DNA from: Akkermansia muciniphila
Lineage (GTDB): Bacteria; Verrucomicrobiota; Verrucomicrobiia; Verrucomicrobiales; DEV007
Assembly (NCBI GenBank): GCA_945883495.1
Contig: CAMCXS010000026.1
Coordinates: 1 to 64,000, forward strand
DNA: 64,000 bases
Reading direction: 5' to 3'
Part shown: positions 37,001-44,555 of the stretch, one piece after another
Numbering within the stretch: the stretch's first letter is position 1
Layout: every line of letters starts with the position of its first letter
Made by a program: the position numbers and the translations under genes
The notes under the pieces: generated by a model
The model's input: only the letters and a program-made list of their open reading frames with translations
Database searches by the model: none
Told to the model about the DNA's origin: nothing

Positions 37001-37154
37001 CTTTCTCGGCCTCTTCCCGATGATTTCCGAGACCGCCGTGCAAGCACAGTTTCTCATCCCCATGGCACTCAGCGTAGGCTGCGGCATCCTCTTCGCCACC
37101 GCCATCATCCTCATGCTCGTCCCCGCCTGCCTCGCCCTGCGGATTTCCCGCTGA
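34059..37154 (+). CDS. RND-superfamily efflux permease (AcrB/CzcA-type)
   Basis: 1031 aa, 12-TM RND architecture with two large periplasmic loops. ATGA start/stop overlap with the adaptor gene. Confidence 0.9.
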   Translation: MKAQEKAAGEGVIGWFARNSIAANLFMFALLVGGWLTLSRTNSDLFPDIDPRTITITVVHAGASPEDIATSINERAEEAVRGLKGIDRVKSTAVVGMGTVTIEMDDFTDATSVENEVRAAIESLVDFPPKEAEEPQVTVTSVVSNVVRLVVSGDLEENALRRAAEGLERELIALDEVSTVTLQGARKYEVSIDVSQATLNKYGLSFDQVANAVRSASVNLSGGTLRTSAGSILLRTDEEVQNPDDFAKIVILKDFQGRRIFLGDIATIQDGFEDAPLSNTFNGLPAVFLQVARSDNEDSMKVADAVRAFLRDYQAPAGIRVDIVGDQTEIIRDRINLLMRNAIMGLALVFVCLALTLDLRLAFWTCVGIPVAFLGGFIIFGQFTTINMTMLLGLIMVLGMVVDDAIVVGESIYDEQEKSGSGVVSAIAGVRIVAAPVVVGVLTTLAIFMPLLLSSGLLGQVLRPVPMVAISVLFVSLVEVFLIFPSHMSHGENWTVGPMQVLKNAVQTGIFAFRDRIVMPLARFSIRMPYLVIAAGIAILIASLGLVTGGHLRFVFFPSVEGEEIKVKLEMPKGTPYEQTESTMNRIVEAAYRAVGGREGDLHRNLLVTVGGELVSGIGVEGTRVSSETATATLELTPAGERDLTASDIEGKWRAEIGELAGIRSLSFSSEGLSGGDDIRLNLSHPDETILQQAVAALLDELKRINGVAEVRSTNEPGSRQLEFFLKPEGSAAGLTVSDIAKQVRQSYFGEEVQRLQRGGEEVRVFVRLPESERRSLADLARLRITLPNGELADLRTVARVEESRSVASVERIDARRVVTVSADVDEALATPNEVSAFLKTQVLPRLHARFSGLDIAEDGQSRDQAEDIRMLATNMMIGILIMYALLASQLRSYIQPFTILFAIPFGAVGAILGHWLLGYDLTFLSLFGMVALAGVVVNDSVVLIDYFNELRKTEPGTVQEHILAAVERRFRPILLTTLTTFLGLFPMISETAVQAQFLIPMALSVGCGILFATAIILMLVPACLALRISR

Positions 37155-37507
37155 TACTAGCGGGGTGCTTCAGCGATGCCGTGATGTGCGTCAGTGAGAT
37201 TCGGAAGCAGGCTGGCGGAGCACTGCACTGTGTTGGCGCGCTTCGGAAGTGTGACGATGAAGTTGAGAACTCCGTCATCGGGGTTCAGGACGGAGACGAC
37301 GCAGTCAAAAGCTGCGGCATCGCGGTTCAGAAGCCCCCTTAGATACCCTCTGGGTGGGGAAAGGTGTTTCAATGTGTGCGCGTCCTGAGGTGGAGGCTCA
37401 GTAACGCTTGGCGGCGTATCCACCGCTGCAGGGATTCATGGCGGAATGATAGTTGGCACTGCCATAGGGGGGCCGCAAGCATGGGCTTCTGCGAGTTTTG
37501 CTCCGGC

Positions 37508-38212
37508 TCAAGGGCTGCCGGCGCCGGCGGCTTGGAGTTTGGCGATGTCTTGGGCGATCTGTTTGCCTAGTTTGCGCACGTCTTTTTCGCTGGCGTTGCG
37601 GGACATGGCGTATTTCGCGGCTAGGGCGTAGGGATTTTTGGTGATGATGGCGCCGGGCTTTGGCTTGGAGCCGCTGCCGGTGCCGTAGATGTGGATCGGC
37701 TTGCTGCGGCTTTTGGCGGGGTCGTAGATTTCGACTTGGGTGAGGACTTCGGTGGCTCCTGCGCCGAAGCCGATGGCGGCGCGGGCCAGTTGATTGCCCT
37801 CGTCCACTTGGAGGAATTCTCCCTGGACGACGAGGCCGGTGGCTGGCCATGACGAATTCCTGGAGTATCGGCTGGCGGGGATTTTGAGTTTGGTGAGTTC
37901 TTCGACGATGGCGGTGGTGAGCAAGCCGGACAACTGGGCGGCGTTCTGGGCGGGGGTTTCGCTGGGGCGGAGGTTGCCAGCGATGCGGCGGGCGGGGCCT
38001 TGGCGGCTTTGTTGCACGGCGGTTTCCGCGTCTTTTCCGACCACGTCGTAGGCGAAATCGTACACCGCCACAGGCCGCGGGTTGTTGACTTTGGGGGCTG
38101 CGCTGTTTGAGGTGGCCTGGCAGCTCACGAAGAGCATGCCGAGGCTGGCGGTGAGAAGCGCGGTGGCGATGCGCCGTGCGGTGGGCGGCGATGATGGTAG
38201 TGTATGTTTCAT
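37508..38212 (-). CDS. lipoprotein (hypothetical)
   Basis: LTASLGMLFVSC signal peptide plus lipobox. 234 aa. Confidence 0.5.
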   Translation of the reverse strand: MKHTLPSSPPTARRIATALLTASLGMLFVSCQATSNSAAPKVNNPRPVAVYDFAYDVVGKDAETAVQQSRQGPARRIAGNLRPSETPAQNAAQLSGLLTTAIVEELTKLKIPASRYSRNSSWPATGLVVQGEFLQVDEGNQLARAAIGFGAGATEVLTQVEIYDPAKSRSKPIHIYGTGSGSKPKPGAIITKNPYALAAKYAMSRNASEKDVRKLGKQIAQDIAKLQAAGAGSP

Positions 38213-38330
38213 GGGAATGATTTTGTTAGTGGTGTGGATGGCTTTCGCTTTGGGCGCGACGGAGGTGAAATGACGGCGCGGGTGGGTTGGTTACATTTTT
38301 TTCCGGCGGTGACGAATTGGCCCGGGCTTA

Positions 38331-39395
38331 TCATCTTGCCAGCTTGGCGAAGAGGAAAACACAGACGATTGCGGTAAAGTAGAGCAGGGGGAAGAGCCAG
38401 CGGCCGGTGCGGTCGATGCGATCGCCGAGTGCCCGTTTTCCACGTTTGTCGAGTTCGTTGACGATAAGGTTGACGGGGACTGTGGCGCTCATGAGCAGGA
38501 AGCTGATGACCAGGGCGCCGTGCATGAAGGTGAAGTAGGAGACGGGGGGCATGACGCCGACGATGATTTGTTGGTAGGCGACGGCGGTGAGGATGCCGAT
38601 GAAGGATACGCTGTTGCGGTCGGACAAGGAGGATTTGTCCATCCAGAAAATGGAGAAGGAGAGCAGGGCGATGATGGCCATGGGGAATGTGATCATGCGG
38701 CGCACGAAGAAGGATTGGCGCGTGGCCTCGATGCGGTATGTGGCGGTTTGTTTCTCGGTTGTTTTTTCGGCTGCCGTGCCGGGAGCGCTGGTGAGCTGTA
38801 GGGAGGAATTTTCGAGGGACCATTCGGGGACTTTGATGGTGGCGATTTGGTCGTTGGCTATGGGCTGGACCTCTAGGCGGACTTCATCGCTTTCATGACC
38901 GAGGATGGCGAAGATGATTTCGAGTTGATGGGTGTCGAAGGGGAAGGAGCGCATGTCCCAGTCCATTTCGGCGACGGCGGTGATTTTTTCTTTGAGGATG
39001 GAGGTGCCGTCCGGGAGGATGCGGAGTTGCACGCCGCTTTTCTGGATGGCACCGCCTTCGTTGACGAGGATGACTTGCGGGTACCAGCCGGCGGCGACTT
39101 CGTCGAACTGGTAGCTGCCTTGGTAGATGATTTCGGGGGTGCCGAGTTCGGCCGGGTCGAAGGCGACGCGCGGGTCTTTCCAGATGAGGGTGAGGATGCC
39201 GGTGAACTCGAAGGTTTCATCGACGCTGCTGATGTTATTGATGCCTTCTAGGTCGAAGCCGAGTGCGACGGTGGTGGGGGTGCCGGGTGTGGGCAGGGAG
39301 AAAACGAAGGGGGACTTTGCGGAGGCGAGGGGGGAGCATGCGATGCCGAGGAGGACAAGGGCGGCTGTGAGGATGAGGCTGGCGATGAGGCGCAT
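38331..39395 (-). CDS. prokaryotic pentameric ligand-gated ion channel (Cys-loop-receptor homologue, GLIC/ELIC-like)
   Basis: Signal peptide MRLIASLILTAALVLLGIACS. A beta-rich extracellular domain of about 200 aa with FPFDTHQLEIIF (the Cys-loop-equivalent FPFDxQ motif), then four TM helices (M1 FFVRRMITFPMAIIALLSFSIFW, M2 SFIGILTAVAYQQII, M3, and M4 at the C-terminus). Confidence 0.7.
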   Translation of the reverse strand: MRLIASLILTAALVLLGIACSPLASAKSPFVFSLPTPGTPTTVALGFDLEGINNISSVDETFEFTGILTLIWKDPRVAFDPAELGTPEIIYQGSYQFDEVAAGWYPQVILVNEGGAIQKSGVQLRILPDGTSILKEKITAVAEMDWDMRSFPFDTHQLEIIFAILGHESDEVRLEVQPIANDQIATIKVPEWSLENSSLQLTSAPGTAAEKTTEKQTATYRIEATRQSFFVRRMITFPMAIIALLSFSIFWMDKSSLSDRNSVSFIGILTAVAYQQIIVGVMPPVSYFTFMHGALVISFLLMSATVPVNLIVNELDKRGKRALGDRIDRTGRWLFPLLYFTAIVCVFLFAKLAR

Positions 39396-39729
39396 GTTAG
39401 TTCTGCTTGAGGTGGAGGTGGAGGATGCGGCGGCCAAAAGCGCGGTTGCCATGATGAAAGCCGGGTAAGCGTGCCGTGATGATTCTGTGTTTCGATGTCA
39501 TGTCGGATCGTTTGCTTGATTTTCGGCCTTGAACTCCGGACTATTGCCTTGTCTGATCAGTAAGTGCGGGCGAGCGACCGCCGGTTGCAAATTTTTCTAA
39601 CCGGTTATTGCAGTCGTTGCCGCAGAACTGGAGGTGTGGCAAGCGGGGTCTGGTGGTTGTGGATGGTTCATTAGATTGACTCTGGCTGCGGTAGCGATGG
39701 GACGGGTCTGGAAGGGTGCGCTTTGGCCT

Positions 39730-40047
39730 CTACTGCTTGGACGCTTCGACAAATTCATCCCACGTGAGCGACTTGTCCTGGTTCTTGTCAACCTTGCTGA
39801 AGGCGCGGTCGTAGGCCTTGCGTTGTTGAATCTCTTTGGCTTTGCCGAAACTGATGGCGGCATTCGCATCGATGAAGGTGACGAATTCCTTCGCGTCGAG
39901 GCCGCTGCTTTTATCCGCATCGGCAGCTAAAAAATTCTTGCGAGCTGGCTTGAGTTTTTCCTCAACCTCGGCAGCGGAGGAAGTGATGGGCAGGAGGGCG
40001 TAGCCGAAGGTTGCGGCACAGATGGCATATTTTATGTTCTTTTTCAT
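39730..40047 (-). CDS. secreted EF-hand calcium-binding protein
   Basis: Signal peptide MKKNIKYAICAATFGYALLPITSSAA. Two canonical EF-hand loops: DADKSSGLDAKEF and DKNQDKSLTWDEF. Confidence 0.65.
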   Translation of the reverse strand: MKKNIKYAICAATFGYALLPITSSAAEVEEKLKPARKNFLAADADKSSGLDAKEFVTFIDANAAISFGKAKEIQQRKAYDRAFSKVDKNQDKSLTWDEFVEASKQ

Positions 40048-40405
40048 TTGGTTCTATCGGTTTGATGTTAGAAAACTGGGAGCCTTGAGATAATTCTCTA
40101 TGTAAAGCAAGGTGGTATCTACGTTCTCGGCGAGTTCTGTAGTGGTGTGATGGGTGCTAAAGGGTGGTCTCGCGTGTTCTGGTTCGGCGGTCGGAATGTT
40201 CGGTCGAATTTCGGTTTGAGACTCCGGCCACTCACTGTCGGTTAATGAAACCTGGACGCATAACTGATGGTTACACATTTTTGTCATCGGTGCCCAAACT
40301 CATCCGCGCTTGGCTCGGGCCTGTGATCCGCCCCGCTTGACCAAGAGGAAACTTCCGCGATCCACTGGATGTTTCACAGGTCTCCCGTCAAAATCAAACT
40401 CGTAG

Positions 40406-40476
40406 CGGCCGGAGCGACGTTCGCGACGTTCGCGACGTTCGCGACGTTCGCGACGTTCGCGACGCGCTCCGGCCGA
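40406..40476. repeat. hairpin: 12-bp GC-rich inverted repeat (gcggccggagcg / cgctccggccg) enclosing five copies of a 9-nt tandem repeat (acgttcgcg)
   Basis: Read directly from the sequence at 40406-40476, between the 3' end of the gene at 40503 and the EF-hand gene. Confidence 0.75.
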
Positions 40477-40502
40477 CTCGACGAATTGCGTGAAAAGCTA
40501 GC

Positions 40503-41216
40503 TTATTTCGGTGCCGCTGCGGGTTCTTTGCCATTGATGGTCAGCTTGTCGTTCTTGAGATTGATCCTCGAACCTTCCGGGAGCTTGCCGTAGTTTTTCC
40601 CATTGCACCAAAATTCCCCGTCTTTCAGCTCGAACTTGTTCTTGTCTGCCGTGAGGATTTTCACACCTTCGCGCGATTCCGACTCAGAGTGCTTTGGACT
40701 CGGCTCGAAGATCAAGGTGTATGGCCCGAATGACTGCTCAGAGATCATGAGGCTGCCGTCAGGGCCGCCCATCACCAAGGCAAGGACACACAGCGTGGCG
40801 ACTCGCTTGGACGGGGAGTCTTTTGGCGTGATCGAGAAATGACCGAGTCCCAAATCGAGCTTTCCATCCACCCAGGCTAGGTCGGCACCGCCCTGCTTCC
40901 AGGTTCCGTCTTGGGTGATCGCGATGGGATCCTCGCCGGCATTTCCATCCCGGCTCAAGACGATGCCTTTCTCGTTCAGCTTGACCAGGAGTTCGCCATC
41001 GGGCGAGGTCAGCTTTCCTCCGGCGTGGGCGGAGGCGACGTGTTTCCCGGCGAAATACAATGAACCCGCGTCGTCCATTTTGATTTCCATAGTCCCGTCT
41101 GAACTCTTCATGGTGAAGGGTGTGATCGACAGGGCGGGTTTGACGAGTTCAGGGGCGCTCCAGACGGGTGAGGTCAAGAGGGCGGCGATGATGATGTGCT
41201 TGATCATGTTTTTCAT
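40503..41216 (-). CDS. secreted hypothetical protein
   Basis: Internal start MKNMIKHIIIAALLTSPVWSA (signal peptide), about 238 aa, beta-rich. The N-terminal extension in the track ORF is Arg/His-rich and does not look coding. Confidence 0.5.
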   Translation of the reverse strand: MKNMIKHIIIAALLTSPVWSAPELVKPALSITPFTMKSSDGTMEIKMDDAGSLYFAGKHVASAHAGGKLTSPDGELLVKLNEKGIVLSRDGNAGEDPIAITQDGTWKQGGADLAWVDGKLDLGLGHFSITPKDSPSKRVATLCVLALVMGGPDGSLMISEQSFGPYTLIFEPSPKHSESESREGVKILTADKNKFELKDGEFWCNGKNYGKLPEGSRINLKNDKLTINGKEPAAAPK

Positions 41217-41308
41217 ATTTTTGGTAGTGTGTTTGTTGTTCTTATTTCGATTTGTTGTTGCGATTGCGATGAGAAAATTGAGTGGTGAAGTGTGGCATCG
41301 GAGTTGCG

Positions 41309-43156
41309 CTATTTGGCCATCAGCCGGAGGTATTGATCGGGCACCTGTTTCGTGATGTCCCCTGATCTGCCCTTGGGGCCTTGCCAGCCGCCATCGACTG
41401 CGATGTCGATTTTGTAGTTGTATCCATACTTGGCAGGGTCGTTGCCGATCACCGATTTGCGGATGGTGATGGAGTAGGACGCGTTGCCCCAATCAAACAG
41501 CTTGCTATACGCGTCGCTCAGGCCATTCGATTGCTTGGCGATCCGCATTTGGCGCGCGTCCAGCTCCTGCCCAAGTTTCTTCCAAAGCTTCTTGTCGAGG
41601 GCCTTGCGCTCGTCGAGGAACGGCGGCACCACAAGATGAATCGTGCCGTCTGGGGCTTCCGTTTTGCTGACTTTGACTATGTGTTTCTGTTCCTCGGCCA
41701 AATACTCCCGGCGCATCTCCTGAAGGATTTGGTTCACACGCAGGAGCTTATCGGGTTGCAGGTTCAGGGTTTCCGCAAAGTCTGCGGAGAGCGCGAGTTG
41801 CTCTCCTTCGACAGTAAGCGCCTCTTCGCTCGCCACGAGTTCACCGCCACTAAGACCGAGGACGCTGGCAAACAGATCGGTGCTGGTATCCTTCCGGTCA
41901 CCCCAGAACCGCTTCCAGCGCGGGTCGAGATTCGGTCCGGTCTCTTCCGCACCTGTATGGTCGCCCTCGGGATAGGTGATCGTCTGTTGCGTTACAAATT
42001 GCTTTCCGTCGTAGCCGATTTGGATTTTGATCGGGAATTCGCCGAAGGGGAAAAGATTTTTCAGCACCAGATATCTGCGGGCGACGCGTCTCTGCCGTTC
42101 ATCGCAGATTTTGTCGAAGTCCTGCCAGAAGCTTTCCTTCAGTTTCTCCAACTCATCGGGAAAGGGTGCGATCTCGACCTGCACCAGGTTGGTGTCCTCT
42201 CGGAGGCTGGTCAGATACTTCGTTTCGAGAGCCAGATATTCGGCCCGGTGTTCGGCCATGATGGCATTGGCCTTGGTGGTCTGTTCCTTGGTGAAATCGA
42301 GGACATCGATCTGTTCGGGACTCAGTTGCAGACCATAGATTCCGAGCAGTGCGCCCGAAGTGACGAGCACGCCGACGAGTGCGGCCACCTTGGCTTTGAT
42401 CCAAGTCATTTTGGCAAGCGCCCCTTCGACCATCAGGGCGACGGTGGAGGAGACCGCAGTGGCTGCCGCGCCGCTGGTGGAGGCGGTCATGATGGAAGAG
42501 GCCAGCGTTGCGGGTACGGACGCGGCGGATACATTCTTGGCAAAGGCAGCCGACAAGACTACGCTACTATGGACGATTCCCCGGCGTTGAAAATGTGCGC
42601 GGAGTTTTTCCATGGCACGGGCCAAGGAGGTTGAGACCGCCGATGGGGTCATGCCCAGGGTGCTCGCCGCCTCGTCGTTCGATTTACCCTCCAGATAGCG
42701 GAGGACAACGATGTTCCGATGTTTTTCTGGAAGTGCCATGAGGGCCTTGTCAAGCTCGGGCTTCAATTGGTTCCAGACCTCTGTGGTCTCTTGATTCTCT
42801 GGTTCGTTCATGATGTGTGCATTTTCCTCTCTGCGTTTGCGGCGTGCCGCGTTCCGAATGTGCTCCTGCGAGACGAAGCCCGCGGTGCGGTAGAACCATC
42901 CACCGAGTAGGGTGTCACCCTTCAGTTTCCGGCATTTCTTCAGGAAGAGAAGGAAGGTCGCCTGGGCTGCATCCTCGGCATCCACTTCATTTCCTATGAT
43001 GCGAAGGCAGGTGCGATAGACCATCGCCTGGTAGCGCACCACGATCTCGCGTACGGCATCGGAGTTGCCTTTCGCCGCTAAGTCAATCAGGACCCCGTCC
43101 TCCATTTCGCTTTGTATTGTTTCGCTCATTGTTTTGTTCTTTAATTGTGTCTTCAC
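41309..43156 (-). CDS. ECF sigma-70 factor fused to a TM segment and a 330-aa C-terminal domain (second paralogue)
   Basis: Region 2 (IVVRYQAMVYRTCLRIIGN...AQATFLLF) and region 4 (LPEKHRNIVVLRYLEGKSNDEAASTLGMTPSAVSTSLARAMEKLR), then a TM helix (VAALVGVLVTSGALLGIYGL) and a large C-terminal domain. Confidence 0.7.
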   Translation of the reverse strand: MKTQLKNKTMSETIQSEMEDGVLIDLAAKGNSDAVREIVVRYQAMVYRTCLRIIGNEVDAEDAAQATFLLFLKKCRKLKGDTLLGGWFYRTAGFVSQEHIRNAARRKRREENAHIMNEPENQETTEVWNQLKPELDKALMALPEKHRNIVVLRYLEGKSNDEAASTLGMTPSAVSTSLARAMEKLRAHFQRRGIVHSSVVLSAAFAKNVSAASVPATLASSIMTASTSGAAATAVSSTVALMVEGALAKMTWIKAKVAALVGVLVTSGALLGIYGLQLSPEQIDVLDFTKEQTTKANAIMAEHRAEYLALETKYLTSLREDTNLVQVEIAPFPDELEKLKESFWQDFDKICDERQRRVARRYLVLKNLFPFGEFPIKIQIGYDGKQFVTQQTITYPEGDHTGAEETGPNLDPRWKRFWGDRKDTSTDLFASVLGLSGGELVASEEALTVEGEQLALSADFAETLNLQPDKLLRVNQILQEMRREYLAEEQKHIVKVSKTEAPDGTIHLVVPPFLDERKALDKKLWKKLGQELDARQMRIAKQSNGLSDAYSKLFDWGNASYSITIRKSVIGNDPAKYGYNYKIDIAVDGGWQGPKGRSGDITKQVPDQYLRLMAK

Positions 43157-43443
43157 AAATAAATGGCCGCTGGGGGGAAATCGGGCACAGAAAATTTGGA
43201 ATTTTTTTTGCGAGATGGTGTGATGCCCTTTTTTCCTGCTATGGCTGCGATTCGTCCTCGCACGACGATCCCTGAATGCTTGCGATTTTCATCCGCAGCG
43301 TTGCCACAAGTCGCGGAATGAATGAGATCGTTCCGGCTCTTCTGATTCAATGGCATTGACGCGTCAAGGCGATTGGCCGCTACTGCACGGTGACGCTGGT
43401 AAATACGTCCAAACTGCAGGAATCCTCAGGGGATTTGGGACAT

Positions 43444-44298
43444 TCAGTTTTTGTTCTCGGGAGTGGTTTTGAAACCCTCTGCATCAACTTTCCGCAGGGA
43501 GATACGGAAGTTTTGATAGCGTGCCGTACGGGTGAACATGTGCCGAAGCCCGATCCGGCCTTCTGTGACCACAGGCAGCTTTTCGTTTTTTAACTGGCAG
43601 TAGCGGACTCCATCGGGATTCTCGATGCGTAGGTGGAGGTCGCAGTCGCGCTTGATGACGGTGATGTGATGCTTCACCCCCGTCGCGAAAAGCGTGTCAA
43701 AATGATAGTCGGGCGTCAACTCTGTGCCCTTCAGGCCGGTCCGGTGTGGCATGTAGCGGCGGCCGCGGATGTAGGAGTTTTGTTCCTTGCCGCTGTTTCC
43801 GAAAGAGGCGTAGCTGAGATGATAGGTGTGCATGTTATCATAATAGGTGCTCATGGCGGGCACCTTGCGCAGATCGCTCCAAGTGGCGATGTCCTTGTCG
43901 AACCTGTCCTTGCCGCTGCCGCTGGCCTGGATGTAAAGGATGATCGCGCAGCGCCGTTGCTCGTCGAGCCGGGTGAAGTCATACTCGATCTTGAGGTCTC
44001 CCACGAAGTTTTGCTTGGACCAAAGCACCATGTGATGGGCGTCGTTCTTGAATTCAGGACCAGCGGTCAGGGTCATGCCCTGCGGACTGTGGGTCACGGT
44101 GCCCACCTCGCCGTCGAGAAACCACAGCTTGCGCCAGTCGCCGGTGCATGAGTCGGAGAAAACTTCCTGCCACTTGGCGGCGGCGGCCTGCTCGAAGGCG
44201 GTGCATTCCTTGGCATCTCCCTGCGCATCGGCATGTACCGGCGAAACTCCCATCGCCAGCAGCAAGATCGCGGCTGTCCTTTTGTGCCTGTTCATCAT
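43444..44298 (-). CDS. DUF1080 (3-keto-disaccharide-hydrolase / LamG-like jelly-roll) secreted protein
   Basis: Signal peptide. The C-terminal GRIGLRHMFTRTARYQNFRI motif is typical of DUF1080. 284 aa. Confidence 0.7.
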   Translation of the reverse strand: MMNRHKRTAAILLLAMGVSPVHADAQGDAKECTAFEQAAAAKWQEVFSDSCTGDWRKLWFLDGEVGTVTHSPQGMTLTAGPEFKNDAHHMVLWSKQNFVGDLKIEYDFTRLDEQRRCAIILYIQASGSGKDRFDKDIATWSDLRKVPAMSTYYDNMHTYHLSYASFGNSGKEQNSYIRGRRYMPHRTGLKGTELTPDYHFDTLFATGVKHHITVIKRDCDLHLRIENPDGVRYCQLKNEKLPVVTEGRIGLRHMFTRTARYQNFRISLRKVDAEGFKTTPENKN

Positions 44299-44555
44299 TT
44301 CGTGAAATCGAGGGTTTTCCTGCTCTTGTGTTTATGAATCTTCACCACTCCACTGTCGTGATCAGGGGAGTGATGCGTTTGATGAAAGATTTCCTAGTGA
44401 ATGATTTGCGTGCCATTTCATGGTTGTGAAGATGTTCTCTGTTAGAGGTTGGATGGGTCTTACGCCACTTTGCCTCGCGCTTCGGTTTCTTAGCGGATAA
44501 GCCGACCGCAGGCGATCCCACTCATGGTCTCGCCTTTGCCTGCCATCTTTCCGGT

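Noticed and set aside
31627-37043. Series of long minus-strand ORFs (31627-33165, 33190-34011, 33938-34957, 34131-35867, 35904-37043) antisense to the TolC/MFP/RND genes
   Set aside because: They overlap strongly supported plus-strand efflux genes. Translations are Arg/Gly/Asp/His-rich and lack membrane-protein or enzyme features.
40417-40462. CRISPR array?
   Set aside because: The 9-nt units are directly adjacent with no spacers, so this is a simple tandem repeat inside a hairpin and not a repeat-spacer array. No cas genes are present.
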